64,000 bases of DNA from Bugula neritina (taxonomy: Eukaryota > Animalia > Bryozoa): assembly GCA_964035545.1 (NCBI GenBank), contig OZ037767.1:20910628-20974627 (forward strand). Reading direction: 5' to 3'. Shown piece after piece: positions 41,901 to 53,067 of this stretch. A program made the position numbers and the translations under genes. Each line of letters opens with the position of its first letter. Position 1 is the first letter of the stretch. The notes under the pieces were generated by a model, which saw only the letters and a program-made list of their open reading frames with translations, had not been told where the DNA came from and did no database searches.

Positions 41901-44900
41901 TGCTGGAAGATGAGATCTCCATCCTTAGAGATGTCCTCCCTCGACATAGTCATGGAGAACATTACACAAAGCTGTTGTGTGGACTGTTACAGGCTAGGCT
42001 ATGTCTTCAACATTCTACCATTGCAATGGAGGGCGTGGAAACAGGCTATAGAGAACAACTGGGTCCAACAACTCAAGGAAATGATAACTCCTAATATTAA
42101 CATCAACTCTAGTCTAAACACGCTGTCTCAGACGGCACTTCACATCAGCGTAGCAAACAATCAGGCAGCAGTGACAGAGGTGCTCATAGAGAGGGGGGCT
42201 AGTGTGGACAAGCATGACAGCCAGGGACAGACACCACTGATGATGGCAGCATGGAGCGGCAACAGGCACATAGTAGCTTTACTACTTCACATGGGCGCTG
42301 ACGTTGACAGAGATGACCAATATCAACAGACAGCTCTACACAAGGCATGCGGCAGGGGGTCCAATGAGGTGGTAAAACTACTACTTGACTTCGGGGCTAA
42401 CTCTGAGCTCATGAGTTTAGATGGACATACACCACTGCATATAGCAGCATCAGGGGGTGAGTATACACCACTGAATATAGCAGCATCAGGGGGTGAGTAT
42501 ACACCACTGCATATAGCTGCATAAGGGGGTAAGTATACACTACTGCATATAGCAGCATCAGGGGGTGAGTATACACCACTGCATATAGCTGCATAAGGGG
42601 GTGAGTATACACTACTGCATATAGCAGCATCAGGGGGTGAGTATACACCACTGCATATAGCAGCATCAGGGGGTGAGTATACACCACTGCATATACCAGC
42701 ATCAGGGGGTAAGTATACACTACTGCATATAGCAGCATCAGGGGGTGAGTATACACCACTGCATATAGCAGCATCAGGGGGTGAGTATACACCAAGTGGT
42801 GGATATATGAGTACATTGAGTATATAATATGCAGTTGTGGTACGTAATTTAACTATTACATGTAAAAACAACCACAGCAACATACCTGACATTATTTGGC
42901 AAATGCCAACCAACAACAGTATTACTACTTACAATAATTATGGAAGTATTTTGGTTGGCATTTTGTAAATTAGAAGTTAAACAATGATTGATAGCACTAA
43001 ATACCCAGGTACTAGGGAAGATACAACCAAACCTAGCCTTAGGCCCTAATGTATCTCATCCCTGTCTGTAGCTCACAGAGACGTGGTCATCACTCTACTA
43101 GGACACGGCGTGACCTGGCAACTAGGGGACAATCAGTGGCAGCTAACTGCACTACACATGGCAGCGATGAAAGGAGATGCGCACCTGGTAAAACTGCTAG
43201 TGCAGCTGTACGACACAGAGCAGGTAAGGACAACTATGTGCAACCTAATACAGTGTATTTACAATGCATGAAATAGTTGTTCAATACACCTGTGGAACTA
43301 GGTGGAAGGAAAATTTCATCTCATAATGACAACTTCTATGATGATTCCCTCTCATTGCTTGTGTGATCTTTGAGATGATGAAGAGTGATTTGGAGTTGTT
43401 TTCTCGCTCTAAATTATAGAAAGCTGTGTTTTGTGATTGAAGGTAAGAAATGAAGTGGCCAGGGAATGCCTGACACCGCTACACACAGCTGTTCAGTCGG
43501 GATATTGTGAAGTCATCAAGATATTGCTGTCCCATGGTGCACTAGTACGCTCTTGTGACTGGGAAGGCAGAACCCCGCTCCACTATGCTGCCAAATCAGG
43601 TGCCAAAGCTAACAGTGCTCGTTGTCAAATTTTCAAATCAATTTGGAGAATTATCTTTTACCAAAGTTGTTTATATTTTCAAGATTTGTAATTTGCAGAC
43701 CAAAAAGCTCAACATCAAGTGAGAGATATTGTAGTTTCTATGTTGTGACTCACTTCTTGAAAGTTGTCTTCTCGCTGTATAACTTCCTCTCCCCCCCCCC
43801 CCTCCATATAGAGTATAATAAGCAGAGTGCAATATAATATTAGGATGTTACATTATAACACAGTACAACATATAGAGTAGCATAGTATATTATAGTAATA
43901 TGTAGTATCATATAGTATAATACGGTATATTAAAGTATAACTCTGCATAACATATTAATAATACACTATGCACTATACTATATTGTTTTATACTATGTTG
44001 TTTTATAATATAACTGTACATTCACAGGAAATGTCGAAGCAATGGACATTCTGCTGAAAAGTGGAGCGGAACTCTACTCCCAAGATAAGTATAAAATGAC
44101 GTGCCTGCATCTAGCTGCTGCCAGAAACCACACAAACGCTGTCGCTATGCTACTTAAATACCAGGTAGGTAAAGCTCTAGCAAACTGCCAACAAAATAAG
44201 ACAATTCCTTTCCCAAGTTTAATTAAATTAAAACTGAACTAAATTCAGTAAAACTTTCTTTAAATCTACAGCTGTTACCCACTTTCTTTGCAATGAAATA
44301 TACATTTCTTGTTCAAATCCAATTTCAGAGTTGTCCACTCAACGTGGTGGACAGAGACGGGCTGACGGCCCTCCACTATGCAGCGGAGAACAGAAACACT
44401 AACATGGTGAGACAACTTCTACGTGCTGGCAGTGTGCCAACTATACTCAGCGAAGACGGTCATGTGGCCAGAAATCTGGTGGGCAAGAAGAAGCACCTGG
44501 ACACCCTCAAGTTCCTAATACTGGCAAGGTCATAAGATAACAAAGAACGTAGGCTATGAAACAATGCGAAGAGGGAGTTCAACTTTAACCTGACAAATTA
44601 GAGAAGGGGCATAACTCCTAGCTTACAACTTAATTTTGGAGTTGTTTACACGTGTTAGGAAGCACCTACCAAAATTGCCATGGCCACAAAGCATACTTAA
44701 GAATAACGTATTATTTCAACAATTTATAGGCTGGAAAGACTCAGCCCTCAGGGACATAGATAATCAAAACCATTAGCAAATCTCTAAGTTTTATTGTAGT
44801 GTTTGTTTTTCTATATTGTTCAATTATTTCAAGTGTTATTTCAAATTAAACCAAATTAAATTATTAAAATAAAGTTTATAGTTAAATAACAGCAGCGCAA

Positions 44901-47900
44901 TCTTTTTTAACACAGAATTTACAAGAGTGTTTCTCCTTTTGTGTACAACAATCAGTAGTCACCTCAAAATCTCAGAAAAGGTTGGATAAAGAAAGGAGAG
45001 CACAGGCTAAGTGCAGCACCCTTTTACTAGGGATTGGGGGATTCTCTTACCTTGTCAAAAGCATATCTCATGAGGTACATGAGTCCAACACTGAAGGGCG
45101 TGAACACATCAAATAGCTTGCATACAAAATGGCCGCCGTCTCTAAGAATAGCGATAGCGCAGAGGAACTGGCAGAGATAGAGTCGCTTGGACAGAACTTC
45201 CTGTACGTTTTCTTGACCTACAGAATAGCACTCAGTGTGAACTCAGGTGGAAAGTTTCAAATTAACCAATCAGAAAAGAAAGTAACAAACAGACAGACCT
45301 TCAACAGAAAACCCGCCATCAGCCATGACAAAATGCACTCCACACTGGTTGCTGTTTTCCTTCACAAACTTAGCAAATGCATCGATATTGTCTTGACGGT
45401 AAATATCCCCATCTCCATCTACGCCCCCTACAAAAAAAGATATTTCAGTGGAATACTTATATTATAATATGCCTAAAAGATATTTCAGTAAATATATGTG
45501 TGGTTGCGTGTGTTCGTACATATGTATGTATGTGTGTATTTATGTATGTATGTATGTATGTGTGCTTGCATGCATGCATGCATACATACATACATGCATG
45601 CACGCATGTATGTATGTATGTATGTATGTATGTGTATATGTATACATATGTATGTATGTATGTATGTATGTGTATATGTATACATATGTATGTACGTATG
45701 CATGTATGTATGTACATACTTATCTGTATGTATAGTCAGACATTTTATATAATATGCCTAACACTGACTTAAACGTTAAGCATTACAACAATAAAGGTAG
45801 AATTTTACAAAACTCTTAATGCAGATACTTTATGATTGACTTGTGAATATAATAGTAAAGACAAAATTGATTAATTATTTTAATAAGAAATGACAAAACA
45901 GTTGTCATAGTAACAGAATTCAAACTGATCGCCAGAAGCAAGTACTATCACTATGGAGGGGGATGTAGCTCAGTGGTAGAGCGCACGCTTTGCATGTGTG
46001 AGGCCCCGGGTTCAATCCCCGGCATCTCCACACTTTTTTATTCATCTCCACATTTTTTTACTCCTGTAGCAAATACAACAGTAATTGCCGAAAATGCAAA
46101 GGTATTGCATTTGCCAGTCGGGTTAAATACAGAGGGTTGGGTAGAAGAAAGTTAAGAATTTACTAAAGTAAAAGCAGAGATGGAGAAGAGAATAGGTAAG
46201 GCATGGGACAACTAGAGGGATCTTGCGGGCAGGTTGTGTGTGCGACAAGATTGAAGTGTGCGTTTACCATGTTGCATGACAATGAGTTATGGCTACTCAA
46301 ACAAACTCTGGAAAATGAAACGAGAATTTTGCCCTAATCTGAGGAATCTGTTTAAAAGAAATGAGGCGATCTGAGGTATAGCAGAAGTGGAAGAATTAGA
46401 CATGTTGATGAGGAAAAGAATACTAGAATGGCATAGGCATGTACAGAGGAGACGAAGAAGATGACATAAAGAGAGTCAATATCATCAGTGTTGAAGGCAA
46501 GAGAAAGATGTAAACATGGGTGGAAAGATATTATGCTGTAGGATGGTTATTACATTCTCATGCTTCGAATGGATATGTGTAGGCTGTAGGGGATGCTGTA
46601 GGTTGGATTTGTGGTTGCAGTCGCTTTATCATAATATGGTTTCATTCGATTAACACTGCTCCCACATATTGAATGAAAAATATATATTCACATGAAACGA
46701 AGCTATTATGCTGAACAGTTATCGAAGGTATTAAAATGGGCACAATGAGAATGGTGAATAATTATTTTCAAAATACAATTAATTACAAAACTGCTGTCAT
46801 AGAAACAACATTCAAAGAGAATTATTGAAGCCCAAACCATTGTCAGGAAGGGGATGTAGCTCAGTGGTAGAGCGCACGCTTTGCATGTGTGAGGCCCCGG
46901 GTTCAATCCCCGGCATCTCCACAACCTTTTTGCACATTTCCACATTTTTTTTTACTCCTGTAGCAAATACAACAGTAATTGCCAGTGAGGTGGAAAGGTA
47001 GTGCATTTGCCAGTCGGGTTAAATACAGAGGGTTGGGTAGAAAAAAGTTAAGAATTTACTAAAGTAAAAGCAGAGATGGAGAAGAGAATAGGTAAGGCAT
47101 GGGACAACTAGAGGGATCTTTCGGGCAGGTTGTGTGTGTGACAAGATTGAAGCGTGTATTTACCAGCAATATTGCGTGGCAATGAGATATGGCTACTCAA
47201 ACAGACTCTGGAAAATGAAATGAGAATTTTGCCCTAATCTGAGGAATCTGTCTAAAAGAAATGAGGCGATCTGAGGTATAGCAGAAGTGGAAGAAGTAGA
47301 CATGTTGATGAGGAAAAGAATACTAGAATGGCATAGGCATGTACAGAGCAGAAGAAGATGACATAAAGAGAGTCAATATCATCAGTGTTGAAGGCAAGAG
47401 GAAGATGTAAACTTAGGTGGAAAGATATTATGCTGTAGGATGGTTATTACATTCTCATGCTTCGAATGGATATGTGTAGGCTGTAGGGGATGCTGTAGGT
47501 TGGATTTGTGGTTGCAGTCGCTTTAACATAATATGGTTTCATTCGATTAACACTGCTCCCACATATTGAATGAAAAATATATATTCGCATGAAACGAAGC
47601 TATTATGCTGAACAGTTATCGAAAGTAATAAAATGGACACAATGAGAAAAGTGATTAATTATTTTTAAAATACAATCAATTATAAAACTGCTGTCATAGT
47701 AACAAAATTTTAACAGAATTATTGAAGCCCAATCCATTGTCAGGAAGGGGATGTAGCTCAGTGGTAGAGCGCACGCTTTGCATGTGTGAGGCCCCGGGTT
47801 CAATCCCCGGCATCTCCACAACCTTTTTGCACATCTCCACATTTTTTTACTTGAGTAGCAAATGCAGAAGTAAGTAATTGCTAGCGAGGTGGAAAGCCAG

Positions 47901-50900
47901 TGCATTTTGCAGCCGGTCCAGAGCTGAGATAAAAACAGAGCATTTGGTGAAAAGAAGTTAACAATTCAGCAAGATGAGATACAGAGATGGAGAAGAGAAT
48001 AGAGAAGGGACAACCGAAGATATCTGGCGGGCGTGTTGTGTGACAAGATTGAAGATGCTGATGAACAAAGTGAGCATTGACCCAGCAATGTTGCGTGAAA
48101 ATGAGATATGGCTACTCACACAGCCCCTGAAAGATGAAATTAGTTCCAATGAAATGAGGATGTTGTCCTTATCTGAGGCATCTGTCTAGAAGGGCATAAA
48201 AGAAATGAGGGGTATAGCAGAAGTAACGCAGGAGATGAAAAGGGGGACCTAAAGAAAGTCAGTAATATCAGTGTTGACGACAAGAGAAAGATGGGACATA
48301 AAGGAAGGATATTATACTGTCTGTTATAAAAGGGTGGAAATTGAACAGAGATGACACTGGGATGAAGGGATGAGAGAGTTGCATAGATGGTGGTCACTTA
48401 TTGAGGGCTACTATACCGAGCCCCAACCTGAAAGTATTAAAGTGGGTACAGTGAGAAAGGTAATAAATTATTTGCAAAACATAATTAATTATAAAGCTGC
48501 TGTTGTAGCAGAATTCAAACACAATCATTGAGGCCCACACCACTATCAGGAAGGGGATGTAGCTCAGTGGTAGAGCGCACGCTTTGCATGTGTGAGGCCC
48601 CGGGTTCAATCCCCGGCATCTCCACATTTTTTTCAACTTTTAATTAAACTTTTACATCATTACTTGTATGTAGAAACCATACATATAATGGAAGCTCAAC
48701 AAACTAGTGAAGCATAGCGAACAGTAAACATAAAACAATAGAACAACATAAAGTCATTACACATTCATTACCCAAAAACTCAAAGTTTCTCGTACAACAT
48801 ACCAACACCATAATGAGGCTCAAAGCACTCGCTAGGCGAGACGTAGAATTCGTCCAGTTTAAAGTCATTGACTCCCTGCCCTGACTTGAGAGTGAGACCG
48901 AAACCTTTGCACTTCCATTTTTTGCGCCATAAGACATACTCGCTGAAGCCCCCTGGGCCGGCACATATGTCAGCAAAATATAGCAGCTCGTCTTTCTAAA
49001 ACATAGAACGCTGCTGTAAACACATATCAGTTAACAGTAAACAAGTTAGTCATCGAGTACAGTTGCAGTTAAGTAGTTAAGAGAGAGCTCAATGAAAATA
49101 TTGGAGACATCAAGCGGCTCCCAACAGCACAGAGATGAATTGAGTTAAATTGAAGCCGCACACTAGATATTAGTGATGCGCAAAACATCTAACTCAATTT
49201 TTAGTTGCTGAGAGAAAATTTTGAGACAGTTGAAACAAATGGAAGAAAAAAACTTTTGATATGAGCTTAGGACCAGACGAGGAGCAGATGGGAGAGAGAG
49301 ACAAAAGAGAAGAGAGGCAAAGGAGAGGCAAAGAAGAGAGGGTAGAAGCTGCCACAGCATTGGGGCACTTCTTTCTTATTTGGGTAAAAATATAGTTTCA
49401 AATTTCACTTTCTTCTCCCAAATAATGAGAAATTATTTTTTTCCTGTAGATAACCTTAGAATAATAACTTGGAACATTCTAAGAACTTAGGGTTATAATG
49501 TTGTCACATGTTTAAAGAAGGTTCGGAGTGATGACCAGAAAGTCTAGAGTAACAAAACATTACGGCAGCAACCAGTAGACACGTCAAGATACCTGCACTA
49601 GAGAGCTGCCGTTCCTGCTCTTGGGGGAGGTGAACATGAAGTCAAAAGCGGCGTCCATGTTGGCCATCTTCATGGCAGCCCTGTTCTGAAAGATCACGCC
49701 TCGTATCAACTCAAACGGATTCGAATGAGTCCGAGCTTTCCTCATTTCCTCTCCTTCGAGATTGTCAAAGACCGACTTTGCCTGAATCATTACAGTGTGA
49801 AGTCAAACCACTATTCAAGTTGAGAAAGCAACAGAAACGGAGAGGGGCAAGGTAAGGGCAAGCATCACAACGTACATGTGAATACTACACAGCATACTGT
49901 GTGTGTCACTAATCCATTGTAATGTGAACAAGGAGCTGTACTACAGAGTCCAAACCACATTGCAATGTGAACAAGGAACTGTACTGTACTAGAGAGTCCA
50001 AACCACACACAATGTGAACAAGGAACTGTACTGTACTACACACAGTGTATACAGCTAGCGAGCATACCCCTAAGACCCCGGTTAGAATGTTGGGATGCAC
50101 GAATTCTGTCTCGTCATCTATTGTCAGCTTCCGGCTTCCTATTCCCATCGACTGCTTCAATTCAGTGAGATCCGGGATGTCTTCAGTCATTTCAGGCATC
50201 CAGTTTATTGTCTCCCTGCAACTTACCTACAACATAGACTTAGACTTAAAAGTTAACATATGTGTATCTAGGGGTTAGGTGCAGATGACCTATAGAATGA
50301 AAAATAAACTCAAACTAGACACTGTCAGAACATCTACTAAACACAGCTTGAGCTGAGCTGTTTTGGTGGTGCATAGTTAGACCTGTTTCCTACAGCTTAG
50401 TATAGTTTTATTGGGGGTAGTGATAATGCAAGTGCTCTAGCTTGGGTATATCGCAGCTAGGGTATGTCACAGCTAGGGGCTATGTCACAGCTAGGGTATA
50501 TCTCAGCTGGGTATATCTCAGCCGGGTATATCTCAGCTGGGTATATCTCAGCTAGGGTATATCTCAGCTGGGGTATATCTCAGCTAGGGTATATCTCCGC
50601 TGGGTATGTCACAGCTAGGGTATATCTCAGCTGGGTATATCTCAGCTAGGTATATCTCAGCTCACCTCCTCAGTGCGCCACGCTAGGCTGTCGTCTAGTT
50701 TGAACTCGGCTGGTGTTGCTCCCAGACCTCTTCTTCCTTTCTGCTTAGACGACTCGACTGGAGCCACCCTACCTTGTCCGTGCTTACCTGTATGTACAGA
50801 GGACTAGATGCTAAACATAAAGTGTACGTACAGAGTATTAGAATGTAAGTACAGAGTATTAGAGTGTAAGTACAGAGTATCAAGGTGCAAGTATAGAGTA

Positions 50901-53067
50901 TTAGAATGCAATAACAGAGTAGCAGACAGATAGAAATTTTTGGAGTTGTCAGCTCTTGATTTTGACTATTAAATTTCATGTTTTTTGCATAACCAACGAA
51001 TGATTAAAATCATATATTTCTATAAACAGAATTATTGCAGCAGATGGCAACATCAAACTGGATTATAAATTAACTGAGATGTAAAAACTTTCCTTATTCC
51101 AAATATACAGCTGAGCAAATGTGAGCCAAAATCCGAGAAATCATAGCCTATTTTATTGTTAAAGAAAAGACATCTTTAATTAGATTTTTCCAAAGCATAT
51201 CGTTTTCTGGGTGTAAATTAGCTGATGCCACATAAATGGTCGCATAAACATACCAAGACCGGTTCCCTCCTGGTAACCCATCCGTGCCATAAGCTTTGCC
51301 GCCACCCCACCTCCCGCGGGACCTGAAAGGAGACTCTGAGAGCCAGAAGCTGTAGACCTGTAGCTCCGGTCAACTTCACCAACACCGGACTGCGAGTAGC
51401 TGAGTTGACCACTACAACAGCTGAACTCTGTATACACCGTATAATGTGGTAGTCAGAGAGTATATTGTAGGTAGCTATGCCGTATAATGTGGTAGTCAGA
51501 GAGTATATTGTAGGTAGCTATGCCGTATAATGTGGTAGTCAGAGAGTATATTGTAGGTAGCTATGCCGTATAATGTGGTAGTCAGAGAGTATATTGTTGG
51601 TAGCTACACCGTATAATGTGGTAGTCAGAGAGTATATTGTTGGTAGCTACACCATATAATGTGGTAGTCAGAGAGTATATTGTAGGTAGCTATAAGGTAT
51701 AATGTGGTAGTCAGAGAGTATATTGTAGGTAGCTATACCGTATAATGTGGTAGTCAGAGAGTATATTGTAGGTAGCTATACCGTATAATGTGGTAGTCAG
51801 AGAGTATATTGTTGGTAGCTACACCATATAATGTGGTAGTCAGAGAGTATATTGTAGGTAGCTATACCGTATAATGTGGTAGTCAGAGAGTATATTGTAG
51901 GTAGCTATACCGTATAATGTGGTAGTCAGAGAGTATATTGTAGGTAGCTATACCGTATAATGTGGTAGTCAGAGAGTATATTGTTGGTAGCTACACCATA
52001 TAATGTGGTAGTCAGAGAGTATATTGTAGGTAGCTTTGTTTGTTAATCTCGCAATGAATGCATGCATCAAAGGGAATATGTCAACATTATTGGCCCTATT
52101 TTCACGAATAGCTAGAAAAGTAGAAAAAGCAAATATCAGAGTAGCAATATCTTTAATATAAAGCAGATAAATTATAGGGCAAAATGCAGTTACATGTTGG
52201 ACGAATGACGACATGTAGTAAACTTTACTGCAAATAATCTGCCAACCTGCAGAGCATGAATTGAATACTAATAGCACTAAACATTGTCTAACAACCTTCC
52301 TGTTTATAAACACAGTCACAGTTTTTTCTCAAGGCATGTCGAGCAAATAACCACTACTAGCCAATGAGTCATACAGGTAGAGATTACCTGTTGGTGAGCC
52401 GTACAGGTACACAGTTACTATTACCTGTTGGTGAGTCATACAGGTACACAGCTACTATTACCTGTGAGACTGGTTCTGACTAGAGTTGAAAGGAGTAGCA
52501 AATGAGGGAGAAGAAAACTCTGACTCGCTGTTAGAGTCGTCTGACCCATCAGAAGTGGCTGTGTTCTCCGCTTCACTCACCTGACTGTTCTCAGCCTATT
52601 AATCCAAAACATGTCACAACACTGTGCATAGGTATACCCAAAATTACATAGCAAGCATATAAAAATATAGAACACTGTTATCATTATAAAAATTGAAGAC
52701 AAAAGGCCTTATACAACTACATACGTCATACATGTATATCACAATATCTAGAAGTTCATACTACATTTTTTAACCACAACAACTTTACGCAGACCAAGCT
52801 TACTTCAGACTGTGAGCTGGTCTCGGGGTTCCCTTCAAAGGAAGTACTGGTGGTGTATCGCCGTTTGGCTGGAGAGACTTCGCTATCTTGAGAGCTTTGT
52901 GATGATACTGTGCGCTTTCTATGCGAGGAAGGAACATAGTAGTTCGCTGAACGCTCCGTATAGCTCTCATGTGACATATTAGCCTGTGTAACATCTTCAT
53001 CGCATGAGCTCTGTGAAGAAGCAGCGCTATGCTTTCGATTCATTTGCGGTATGTAATAGTCTGACAT
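29944..53067 (-). CDS. CMTR1: CMTR1, cap-specific mRNA (nucleoside-2'-O)-methyltransferase 1 (multi-exon)
   Basis: G-patch [23 protein letters not shown]; [21 protein letters not shown]; [14 protein letters not shown]; [14 protein letters not shown]; VCKLFD; [13 protein letters not shown] (intact K-D-K-E tetrad); GTase-like region ([16 protein letters not shown]); C-terminal WW-like PWTM...YFYN. Large introns at ~32371-45048 and ~45428-48803. Confidence 0.95.
31062..31334. repeat. 20-bp minisatellite (AGATATACAGATAGTATACA-like) forming almost an entire CMTR1 intron
   Basis: Intron 31343-31056 (288 nt) is nearly all repeat. Confidence 0.92.
32377..32535. repeat. ~20-bp minisatellite (AACAGTGCAGGTAAACTAT-like)
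   Basis: About 7 copies abutting the CMTR1 acceptor at 32371. Confidence 0.85.
32979..36104. mobile_element. 3.1-kb DNA-transposon-like element with imperfect TIRs; superfamily unassigned
   Basis: Left end TGTGACCAGTCGCGACAAAACCGGGGATGT versus reverse-complemented right end TGTGACCTGGCACCACAAAACAAGGGATGT, with TA on both flanks. A second inverted match (AAAATTGCATTTAAAGTTGG) lies ~190 bp inside each end (33168 and ~35917). No intact transposase. Confidence 0.65.
37078..37320. repeat. 41-bp C-rich minisatellite, 5-6 copies
   Basis: CCATCCTACCTGTCCACCCTAACCCCCACTCAAATCCCCTC tandem units. Confidence 0.9.
38999..39062 (+). promoter_or_regulatory. Candidate TATA box and non-coding first exon of the nested BTB-ankyrin gene
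   Basis: TATATATA at 38999-39006; donor CTG|GTAAGT at 39062/39063; acceptor TTACAG at 40136 upstream of the ATG at 40191. Confidence 0.45.
40191..44535 (+). CDS. BTB(-BACK-like) + ~9-10 ankyrin-repeat protein, ~496 aa, nested antisense in a CMTR1 intron
   Basis: Exons 40191-40279, 41708-42456, 43072-43223, 43443-43599, 44028-44164 and 44329-44535 join in consistent phases (1491 nt). [25 protein letters not shown]...MKFIY is BTB-like; repeated TPLH/TALH...LL..GA motifs are ankyrin; AATAAA at ~44868. Confidence 0.85.
42427..42794 (+). repeat. 36-bp minisatellite x10 containing an exon end plus 5' splice donor
   Basis: ATACACCACTGCATATAGCAGCATCAGGGG|GTGAGT repeated with exact 36-bp period. Confidence 0.95.
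45494..45732. repeat. (ATGT)n-type compound microsatellite
   Basis: Directly visible. Confidence 0.92.
45959..46030 (+). tRNA. tRNA-Ala(UGC)
   Basis: 72-nt cloverleaf; acceptor stem GGGGATG/CATCTCC with G3:U70; anticodon TGC; A/B boxes; T6 terminator at 46034. Confidence 0.96.
46160..46530 (+). mobile_element. Decayed RTE-clade LINE ORF 3' fragment (copy 1)
   Basis: Translates to [20 protein letters not shown] ... [32 protein letters not shown] ... VEGKR, resembling the post-RT region of RTE LINEs. Confidence 0.7.
46850..46921 (+). tRNA. tRNA-Ala(UGC)
   Basis: Identical to the 45959 copy; followed by T-runs. Confidence 0.96.
47055..47430 (+). mobile_element. Decayed RTE-clade LINE fragment (copy 2)
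   Basis: Near-identical to copy 1. Confidence 0.7.
47747..47818 (+). tRNA. tRNA-Ala(UGC)
   Basis: Identical sequence; T-run terminator. Confidence 0.96.
47960..48320 (+). mobile_element. Decayed RTE-clade LINE fragment (copy 3, more diverged)
   Basis: [19 protein letters not shown]...NEMRMLS resembles the RTE consensus RPAMLYG.E.W.LT...EMRMLR. Confidence 0.7.
48553..48624 (+). tRNA. tRNA-Ala(UGC)
   Basis: Identical sequence; T7 terminator. Confidence 0.96.
49917..50045. repeat. ~45-bp tandem repeat x3
   Basis: AATGTGAACAAGGAACTGTAC...AGAGTCCAAACCACA next to the CMTR1 donor at 50067. Confidence 0.8.
50437..50662. repeat. 15-16-bp minisatellite (CAGCTAGGGTATATCT)
   Basis: Begins within the CMTR1 donor GTGAGC at 50665. 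Confidence 0.9.
51437..52034. repeat. 43-bp minisatellite, ~14 copies
   Basis: CCGTATAATGTGGTAGTCAGAGAGTATATTGTAGGTAGCTATR; ends ~25 bp from the acceptor of the first G-patch exon. Confidence 0.95.
52365..52464 (-). repeat. 37-bp repeat duplicating a CMTR1 donor (ACAG|GTAAT x3)
   Basis: On the minus strand, CAG GTAATAGTARCTGTGTACCTGTA...CTCACCAA is repeated. Confidence 0.8.

Noticed and set aside
42427-42794. 36-bp repeats resembling a CRISPR array (likewise the 43-bp array at 51437)
   Set aside because: Head-to-tail units without unique spacers, eukaryotic context and no cas genes.
45129-45772. Plus-strand ORFs of ~85-130 aa
   Set aside because: Antisense to CMTR1 exons or derived from a microsatellite.
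46706-48636. Recurrent [25 protein letters not shown] ORFs
   Set aside because: Antisense translations of tRNA-Ala.
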